The notes below the pieces were generated by a model. The model had not been told where the DNA came from. It saw only the letters and a list, made by a program, of their open reading frames with translations, and did not search any database. Positions 1 to 7,931 of a stretch of DNA of 9,966 bases are shown here, piece by piece. The translations under genes were made by a program, and so were the position numbers. The DNA is from Vitrella brassicaformis CCMP3155 (taxonomy: Eukaryota > Protista > Chromerida). Positions within the stretch are counted from its first letter, which is position 1. Each line of letters starts with the position of its first letter. The DNA is taken from contig CDMY01000932.1 in NCBI GenBank assembly GCA_001179505.1, positions 1 to 9,966 on the forward strand, in the 5' to 3' direction.

Positions 1-66
1 CCACAAAATCCACAGACCTTACGTTGCATTGACTTAATCCTTTATCCGGGACTGACCGCCCGGCAG

Positions 67-469
67 ATCCTCTCTTCACCATTCTCCCCGACTCTCTCCC
101 CCCTATTCTGACACGTTCTCTTCGGCCTTGCGAGCTGAGCTCGCAGACGGAGAGAGGGGGAAGGGGGAAGAGGAGCAGTTTGCCCCCGGGCATGCGGTGT
201 GGTGCGCTCGCTGACACATGCATTCATTCATTGCACACAGTGTGGTTCCGGCACAAGTAATAAGGGTTACCTATCGATCAGCAAGCAGCGTTAGTCAGCC
301 CATGCATGTACACAGGTGTCAGCACACATACGCACACATACATGTACACATGCATACATACACAGACCATCACAATCGGTACATCACAATTGAGGCAGAC
401 GGCACGGCGAGTGCGATGTCTCATATTGAAAGACAGACCACGCACACGAGTACGTGATGCCAGAGCTGT

Positions 470-504
<35 letters not shown>

Positions 505-1142
505 GGTGAGTGGCCACGGTGGAAAGTGGAGTGTGTGGTGGATGGCTACCTATGCATGTGGTGAGTGATCATGAGAGGGTGTCTCTCCCGTCCCGTCCCC
601 TCCCTCCCTCCTCGCTGCATCCCTCCCTGTATCCCACCAAGTCGCCATGGATGCAAGCAAGCAATCACGCCCTCCAAAACGCGAGAGAGGCAGCACGCCA
701 TACATACGCCCTCGGCTATCCCTTCCTGGCCGCCCAGCCAGACAAAACTCGCCCGCGCAGCTTGCGGCTCTCCACCGAGAGAACGGCCAGCTGTACACTC
801 ACTGACTGACTCACCGACTGACTGACTGACTCGCTCACTCATCCATTCATTGAAGGAATGATCTCTCTTTCTCTCTCTCTCTGTCTCTGTCTCTGTGAGT
901 GTGTGCGTGTGTGTGTTCTGTTCTGTTCTGTTCCGTCCTGTCCTTCGTCCGCCTTCGCCTCGCATAAACTCCCCAGCCGACGACAAGCGATGACAGGCGA
1001 CGAAAGCTGGTCGGTGACACCGAAAAAGTCCGTCATTGCATCTCTCCCTGTCTGTCTGTCTGCCTGCCTCTCTCTCTTTCATTCATTTCTCCATCTTTCC
1101 TTCTCTTCCGCACACTGTCGTTTGCGATGACCAAGCGCGTAA
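67..1142 (+). CDS. Tentative 5'-partial multi-exon gene, hypothetical protein with a short C-terminal coiled-coil-like segment
   Basis: Manually spliced model: exons 67-196, 241-289, 366-449, 642-792, 977-1027, 1136-1142. All introns are GT..AG and phases are compatible. Reads ...SSLHHSPRLSPPYSDTFSSALRAELADGERGKGEEEQFAPGHA-CGSGTSNKGYLSISKQHHHNRYITIEADGTASAMSHIERQTTHTIAMDASKQSRPPKRERGSTPYIRPRLSLPGRPARQNSPAQLAALHRENGQLRRQAMTGDESWSVTPKNA*. No family recognised. The 44-nt intron (197-240) and the last exon are uncertain. Confidence 0.4.
471..505 (+). repeat. (CAGA)n microsatellite, about 9 units, intronic
   Basis: cagacagaca... 471-505, directly followed by GTGAGT. Confidence 0.95.
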
Positions 1143-1181
1143 TGACGATGTCACATCACGCAAGACACAAATCTCTATCAA

Positions 1182-4100
1182 TCAGGCAACGGTGGCATCA
1201 AGTGTGTCGAGCTCGTGTCTCGAGAAGAGCCGCGGCAACACGACGGCCCGAATGACCATCAACGCGCCGATCACCGAGGGGAAGAACAGCGCCGTCGACC
1301 GCACAGACCTGCACAAAGCCACGCGCACACAGAGAGAGAGGGAGATGGGTATGGTTGCCTGGCGTGACGTGTCTTTCCCGTCTCTCTCTGGCTTGGGTAC
1401 TTGAGCGTGAAAAGGCCAGCGAGGCACGCGAGCTGCACGGCGGTGTATTTGATGACGACCGAGCGGGGCAGCTGGCGGAACTTGCTCTCGAAGGGCAGCA
1501 GCTCGCGGTCCGCAAAGGTGTCGCCGATCCGATACAGAAAGTCATTCCCTGCACACACACAAGTGGGTGGCATGGGACGCCGTCTGTGCTGTATCTATTC
1601 GGCGTGTTTGTTGCTGCCCACCTGTCATGACTTTCCTCCCGAGGTAGAGGAATATGCCGCTGACGACCGACATGGGGATGTTCCGCAACACCGACAGCAA
1701 ACCCACACTAAACGAATCCACCGGTGCACCAGACAGACACACAAGACGACAAGATGTGCACATGTAGGCAAGGAGAGAGCATGCTTCCATCCACATGGAT
1801 GCCGGCCATCCCCCTCCCTCCCTCCCTCCCTCCCTCCCTCCCCGCTCACCTGAAGAGGATGCATGCGTGTGTCATGAACCCCGTGAGTCGGTTCTCGGTC
1901 ACACTGGCGATCTTCATGTCGCCGCTCTGCAGCTGCTGGGGGATCTTGTACGACCGCGGCCGCGGCACGTACACCTGGTTCAGGCCGTCTTTGGGCTCTA
2001 TGTATGCCGGCGCCACAACGGCCGACACAGTGGGGGACGTGACGCCAGATGGCGTGCCGCCCCCCGGGACGCCCGGCATCTTGACCATCTTGAGGGCCGC
2101 CGAGCCCGCTGCTATGGCGGGGGGCGAAGAGGCCGGCGCTGAGGCGACCGACGATGTGCCAGTCGCAGAGGGGGAGGGAATGGGGGCGGGAGGCTCATCG
2201 GAGAGAGAGGGGGGAGGTGGGGGTGGCGGGGGAGAGGCCTCCTGCGAGGCGGATGCTGACGATGACTGGGTGCCATCGGTAGGGCCTGAGGCAGCGCTGC
2301 TGCCGCCGGTGGTGGTGGTGCTGGTGATAGTGGTGGTTGTGCTCCCATTCGGAGCACCTGGTGGTGTGTCTGTTGGTGGGACGTCGGTGCTGGTGGGCTC
2401 CTTGCTGGTGTCTTCTTTGTCAGCTGGCTTCTCCCCGTTGGGAACATACGTCGCCATCGCACGCACGTGGGCCAGGCTCTGAGATGAAAGAAATGATGAG
2501 TTAGAGAGAGAGAGGGATTGCGTTGCAGAGGGTGATTGTGTGGCTCACTGATACGTTCTGATGCCCCTTACCTGCACTGTGGCGGCGCACATCCATGGCA
2601 GGCCCAGGATGGAGAGCACACCCGTCACGGCACCGAGGGCAAACAGGTCCTGATTGTACGCCACCTGGTAGACGGACAGACACACACGGACATACAGGCA
2701 AGGAGGGAGGGAGGGAGGGAACCGCAACGCGGTTTCCACGCTTGTGCGTGTCCTCGTGTCCTGTCCTGTCTCGTGTGTGTGTGTGTGGTGCACCCACCCC
2801 CTTTTTCATTTGGTTTCTGGGCGAGTTGACCACCCGGATCGAAATGTTATGATCCAGGAAGAACAGAGCCGTCAGCAAAATGGCCGGCAGAATCGCAATC
2901 TACAACACAAGACAAGACACCGTTGCATGCATTTGTGCTGTGGCCTGCCTGCTGCTGTGCGTGTGCATCGATCGACCTACCAGTCGCAGGTAGAGCGGGA
3001 CGTCGAGTATCCTGACGAGCCAGGGGCGGTTGTTGGCCAGCTGGAAGCTCAGAGGCACCTTCAGAAACTCGATGCTCCTGAGAAAGCAGAGCACTCACAC
3101 ACCGTTCACAGCCGTGTCACACACGGATGGCAGGCCTCCTTCCTCTCCTTGTGTTCCTGCATGGATGCCTCTGACTAACCTGAAGAGTGGCAATGTGGCA
3201 ACGAGGCTCATGGAGATAATGGTGAGGACGGGACCAAAGTCGGACAGAATCGCCCGGATGTTCTTGTTGAAGAACCGCCACCGATAAGACAGAGACAGCC
3301 TGATGGATGGATGGATGAGTGGATGGATGGACAGCAGAGAGGGACAGAGGGAGAGAGGGAGGGAGGGAGGCGTGATTCCCACCCAGACCAGCAATGCGAG
3401 CGATCCATCTGACTGTCTCGCTGGCTGGCTGGCTGGCTGTCAACACACACGCTCTGACCGACCGTCTTGCAAGGAAGTATGTGGCGAGGGCCACGTTGAG
3501 TGACAGCAAGGGGCCCGTCTTGTCGAGGCCCGAACGCATGAAGTTCCCCAGCAAAGACGCCGCCGCCTCGTACACGAAGTTGCAGGCCAACAGGGCGTTG
3601 AAGACGTCGTCTGACACGGGTGCACATCACATGCATCTTTGTGTGTGCGTAGGTGTGTGTGTGCGTGGCTGGGCTGGGCTGTAGGTTCTTGGCCAGCTCA
3701 GCTCACCTACCTGTGAATTGTGTGCAGTACTTGATGAGTTCTGGCGCGCCTGCGACGGCCAGCAGCATCAGCCAGAGTGACGTCCAGAGGCCCGTCCACG
3801 AGTAGAGCGGCATGAACGGCAGAGACCACTGCCGACAAAACGCATACAGCGCTGCACACACACACACACACACACACAGATGCATATGCCCACATCTGTC
3901 TGTCTGTCTGTCTGTCTGTCTGTGTACTTGCGTGCGCGTCTGTCTGTCTACCAGTGGTGAAGGCCAGTGTGAGTCCGGTGGGTCCGATGAAAGTCATAGG
4001 CTGTCCACTGAACACCGAGTAAGCCATGCCGCCACACCCACACGCCACCAGGAACTCAGGCACCCCCATGCTGCCCCCAGTGATGCTTGCAGCAATGCCG

Positions 4101-4885
4101 CCGAAGGCCACAGCAGGCGCCAGACACGCGAAGTACATAAACAGCACCGCGGGGATGGACTTGGGCCGCAGGCCGTCCAGCCAGTCTGACTTGTAAAAGG
4201 GCCTCCGCCGGGCGATGTCTTGACGCAGCCCCTTGAACCAGCTGATCCGCGGAGGGATGGTGGTGTTGTGCAACAGCGACTGCAGCTCTCCCATCATCTC
4301 AGAACTGGTTGGCACGTGAGCCTTGGAGGCCGCCTCCTCCTCCTGTGTCGCATTGCCGGCAGCACTGGCCGTGGCGTTGCCGTCAGCCAGAGATGGGACC
4401 GCCAGAGTGCCGCTGGTACTGGTGCCGCTGCCGCTGCCGGCAGTGAAGCTCGCCGGCACTGCCGCGGGGTCTGGTCCAGTGGGTGCATTCATCATTGCGG
4501 TCACATCTAATCGAGGGAAGGGCGGCGGCGAGTGGTGGTCGGGTGCAAAGGGAGGAGGTGGGGCGATGACTGACTGCAACACCGACAGATGATTGTGCCG
4601 TCGTAGCAAGTGGGCAGATGGCAGCGGAGCCGATTGAGGGGCGAAGCCGACCGTCCTCCTGAGGGCAGCACTGGCAGTCAGCTTCGGTGGCTGGGACAGC
4701 CATGGTGGCGCGTCGCTGAGGCAGCCTGGCAGCAGAGCGGCGCTCGAGCAGATCATCAGGGACACACAGACAATCCTCCTCTTCTGTTTCCGTCGTCGTG
4801 GTTGGCTCCGTCTGTGTGGCGCCTGCATACTTCCTTTCCCCTTGCAGGCCGAGCTCGCTGCTGCGAGATCAGCGAAGATCTCCAT
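1182..4885 (-). CDS. SLC4: SLC4 / HCO3- cotransporter family (bicarbonate/borate transporter superfamily) membrane protein, 11 exons, 874 aa from ATG 4885 (855 aa from ATG 4828)
   Basis: Exons (minus): 4885-3952, 3851-3711, 3610-3463, 3299-3180, 3077-2981, 2899-2798, 2664-2572, 2478-1850, 1707-1622, 1548-1401, 1308-1182. Total 2625 nt, all GT-AG, one continuous frame ending at TGA 1184-1182. SLC4 motifs are restored across junctions: KGLRQDIARRRPFYKSDWLDG, FMYFACLAPAVAFGG, GQPMTFIGPTG, TQFT/DDVF, ILSDFGP, FFLDHNIS, KKG/VAYNQDL, GLPWMCAATVQ/SLAHVRAM, VTENRLTG, IPMSVVSGIFLYLG, LFFPSVIGALMVIR..ELDTLD. The start codon is uncertain. Confidence 0.92.
1812..1843 (-). repeat. (GGGA)n microsatellite just after the 5' splice site of SLC4 intron 8
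   Basis: Plus strand reads ccctccctccct...; the sense strand reads GTGAGC-GGGGAGGGAGGGAGGG... Confidence 0.9.
3855..3922 (-). repeat. (CAGA)7 and (TG)12 microsatellites in SLC4 intron 1
   Basis: Plus strand has (CA)12 at 3855-3878 and (TCTG)7 at 3895-3922. Confidence 0.95.
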
Positions 4886-4950
4886 TGAAAGAAGAGATGC
4901 GTCCCGTTGCCCCGGGTGCGCCTGCGCCTCGCTCGTCGAGGCGTCACCGA
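4829..4950. promoter_or_regulatory. Very short divergent interval between SLC4 and PEX7 start codons (candidate bidirectional promoter or overlapping 5' UTRs)
   Basis: SLC4 ATG at 4885 (or 4828) on minus and PEX7 ATG at 4951 (or 4897) on plus. Inferred from gene geometry only; no promoter motif recognised. Confidence 0.5.
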
Positions 4951-7214
4951 ATGGCCTTCTGCGGCTACAGCGTCAAGTTCAGCCCTTTCGAGGCCGACCG
5001 GCTCGCCGTCGGCGCTTCGCAGTACTTCGGAATCGTCGGCAACGGACAACAACTCGTCCTTGACGTAAGCGGAGCAACGCCCGTCGTCATGAGCCACATG
5101 CATGGGTGGGATGGATGGTGGACCTTTGTGTCACCGACTTGATCCACAGATAGACCGTCCTGGTGGTCCCCGTGTGGACGACGGTCTGTTGACTGTGTGT
5201 TCCTTCTATACCAACGATGGCATCTACGACTGCGCCTGGAGCGAGGCCAACGAAAACATCGTGAGCGACGAGTGGATGAATCATCACACAGGGGATGGAT
5301 GGATGGATGGGTGCAGTTGGTGTCAGCAACGGGTGACGGCTTCATCAAGATCTGGGACCTAGGTAGGCGTAGGGCCCCCCAGGAGGGCCCGGCAGGCCAC
5401 GGCCAGCCTGTGGCGCAGCTGAGCGGCCACGCTAAGGAGGTGTCCTCGGTCGACTGGAACATCAACTTGCGGGTAGGTGCACATGGGCGGAGAATTGGGC
5501 GGTTGAAGAGTCTCTTGCTCATGTCATTCATGGGTGTGCATCGCATGTGTGTGCAGGAGCTGTTGGTGTCAGCGTCATGGGACTCGACGGTGCGCTTGTG
5601 GAATGTGCAGCGGGTAAGACTCATCGATGAGCAAGGGCATGGATGCGATGCGATGCACGTACCGACCGGCCGACCATCCTTTCATGGACAGGGCGAGTTG
5701 ATGACCACGTGTGGAGCCCACAGGGGCGTCGCATACGCGGCAATATGGAACCCTGCACGGTAAGGCAGACAGACAGACAGACAGGCAAACCCACATATGC
5801 TCTATATATATAGCTTTTCCTCTCTCCCTCCCTCCGGGGCCCTCTGTATGTTATGTTCGTTCCATGCAATCAATCAAACAATCAATGCCAATTACTATTG
5901 GCGCCCTGGCTGTGCTGCAGGCCGGGTGTGTTTGCGTCAGTAGGTTCGGACGGTATGGTGCACATATTCGATGTGCAGGCCATCGGCAGCGGGGGTGGGG
6001 GCACGGGCACGGGCACGCCGGTGCAGGGCTTCAGGGCCCATGACACGGAGATCCTCTCAGTCGACTGGTATGGACGTTCATATCACATTTTGTGTGCCTG
6101 TGTGTGAATGAACGGAGAACAAGGAGGGCCTTGATGTCTTCATCTTGGTGGATATGTGGATGCTCTGTTTGTGTGTGTGTGTCTGCGATAGATAGGAATA
6201 AGTACAATGCCAATGAGATCATCACTGGCAGCATCGACCACACCATACGACTGTGGGTAAGGAAGGCCGTGAGAGGCTATCCACGCGGCGATTGATCAGT
6301 CATTTGTCTGTCTGCCTGTCTGTCTGTCTTTGTTTGTTTGTTTGGTGTCTGCCTGTCTGCCTGGCAGGATCTACGGGCCCTTTCGTCGAGCCAGGGCAGC
6401 CTCGGGGCCACGCCCCTGCATGTCTTCACTGGGCACAACCTGGTCGGTCGGTCGGTCGGTCGGTCGGTGGCGCAGATCTCAGTGAATCTATGCACCCGCA
6501 CGTACGTATGTCTGTCTGTCTGTCTGTCTGTGTGACGTGTAAAGGCTGTCCGGCGGGTCAAATTCCATCCCTTCCACGGCAATGTCTTCGCGTCCACCTC
6601 ATAGTCAGGGAGGGAGGGGGGGAGCAACAGAGGGAGGGAGGGAGGGAGGCACCTACAGACAGACACACGTGGACACATGCGCCCGCCCCGGGTTGATAAT
6701 GCCTTCGTGGTGTGTGTGTATGTATGTATGTGTGTGTGTGTGTGTCAGTGACATGAGCGTGGGAGTGTGGGACACCTCGCCCCCATCGGCAGGCATGACC
6801 AGACGGTTCAACCACCACACAGGTGGGTGAATCAGACAGACAGATCAAGGGGGGAGGAGGGATGCAACGAGGCAGGCAGCACAAACCATGCATGGGTGGG
6901 TGTGGTCCGGTCCGCCGTCAGAGTTTGTCATTGGCCTCGATTGGCATCTCTTCCGCGAAAAGTGAGTGACCGACTCAGTCAGTCGCCGAGCTACTGCCCG
7001 GCCATCTGGACACGCTCTCATGCACTGCATGGCTGACATCCATGTGTCTGTATCAATTACCCTCTCTCGGGATTCCCCCTGTTCTGTCTGGTCTGTGTGC
7101 AGCGTCTTGTGCACGACAGCGTGGGACAGGACGGTGGTGGTGTGGAACTACTTGACCGACCCTCCACCCACACAGATGCCCATGGCCACTCCAGGGGCCC
7201 GCAGGCCGCCATAG
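4951..7214 (+). CDS. PEX7: Peroxin-7, peroxisomal targeting signal 2 (PTS2) receptor, WD40 repeat protein, 12 exons, 357 aa
   Basis: Exons: 4951-5064, 5150-5260, 5317-5472, 5557-5613, 5692-5759, 5921-6067, 6196-6256, 6368-6442, 6545-6603, 6749-6822, 6922-6961, 7103-7214. Total 1074 nt, all GT-AG, ending at TAG 7212-7214. Pex7 signature motifs: GYSVKFSPF..RLAVGASQYFGIVGNG, DGIYDCAWSEANEN, GDGFIKIWD, GHAKEVSSVDWN, SASWDSTVRLW, AHDTEILSVDWNKY, AVRRVKFHP, STSYDMSVGVWD, HHTEFVIGLDW, AWDRTV. An alternative in-frame upstream ATG at 4897 would add 18 aa. Confidence 0.95.
6443..6466 (+). repeat. (GTCG)6 microsatellite forming the 5' splice site of PEX7 intron 8
   Basis: CTG|GTCGGTCGGTCGGTCGGTCGGTCGGTGG. 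Confidence 0.95.
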
Positions 7215-7931
7215 TCAGCTGAGCTGGGCTGGCCACATGGGTGGTCTGTCTGCATGCCTCGAGATTGCTTGTCGTTCTTCGTGCTTTGAGACCCGAGCAA
7301 TGGATTGACCGCGATTGATGCTTCCGGTTCATGGCTGAAAGATTCATTTGTCTCATTCCAATGGACCGACACTCAACGGAACAAACAACATTCGCAGAGA
7401 CACCCCAGAGAAGGATACATGTAAGGAATGGCCTCTCATCCGCACCACCGATTGATCCATCACATGGGAGACACAATCACACACTTGTCCGAAGGGCGTC
7501 AGAGACATCGGCCTCAGCTGCAGGAGGGACGTGTCGATGACGTCGTTATGTTTTGTGGGTTTGTGTGTGTGTGGGTGAGTGAAGATCGCTCGTTTAACTT
7601 CCCCTCATATCAGCCATGCATCCATTTGTCTGTGTCTTCCCACCATTGTGGTTAGGTCGTGACACGTTGGATGGGTCCGTCTCGCAGACACTCAGACCCC
7701 ACAAGGTGAAGGAATACCAAAACAGCGGGCGACGGAAACGCACTGGCCACACCAAGAGAAACAAAAACTAAACGGCGGGCAGACACGCAGACAGACAGTG
7801 TGTGGAAAAAAGACCGGGCAAAACAGGCCGAGACACGAAAGAAAACTGCACGAATAGATGCATTTGTGATCCAAGCAGAGGAAACCAAAGGAATCGACAT
7901 ACTACAGCTGCCTACGGTGCCTCCACCCCAC

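Noticed and set aside
241-400. Beta-trefoil (fascin-like) resemblance of NKGYLSIS / NRYITIEADG
   Set aside because: The motifs are too short, and the surrounding sequence is low-complexity and lacks further repeats. No domain call can be supported.
546-1082. 178-aa minus-strand ORF
   Set aside because: Dominated by translated microsatellites (RQTDR, THTHT, ERER, SQSV). Splice signals and repeat polarity favour a plus-strand gene.
1724-2482. 252-aa plus-strand ORF (Gly/Val/Ala/Glu-rich)
   Set aside because: Antisense shadow of the GC-rich Pro/Ser/Thr exon of SLC4. It starts in intron microsatellites and has no recognisable motif.
5363-5382. Possible 20-nt mini-intron GTAGG...CCCCAG in PEX7 exon 3
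   Set aside because: Far shorter than any other intron here, and removing it would shift the frame. The unspliced exon is open and reads as a WD loop.
7310-7340. TTGATG...CTGA box C/D-like motif pair
   Set aside because: Spacing of about 25 nt is too short, the C box is imperfect and there is no terminal stem. No snoRNA is supported.
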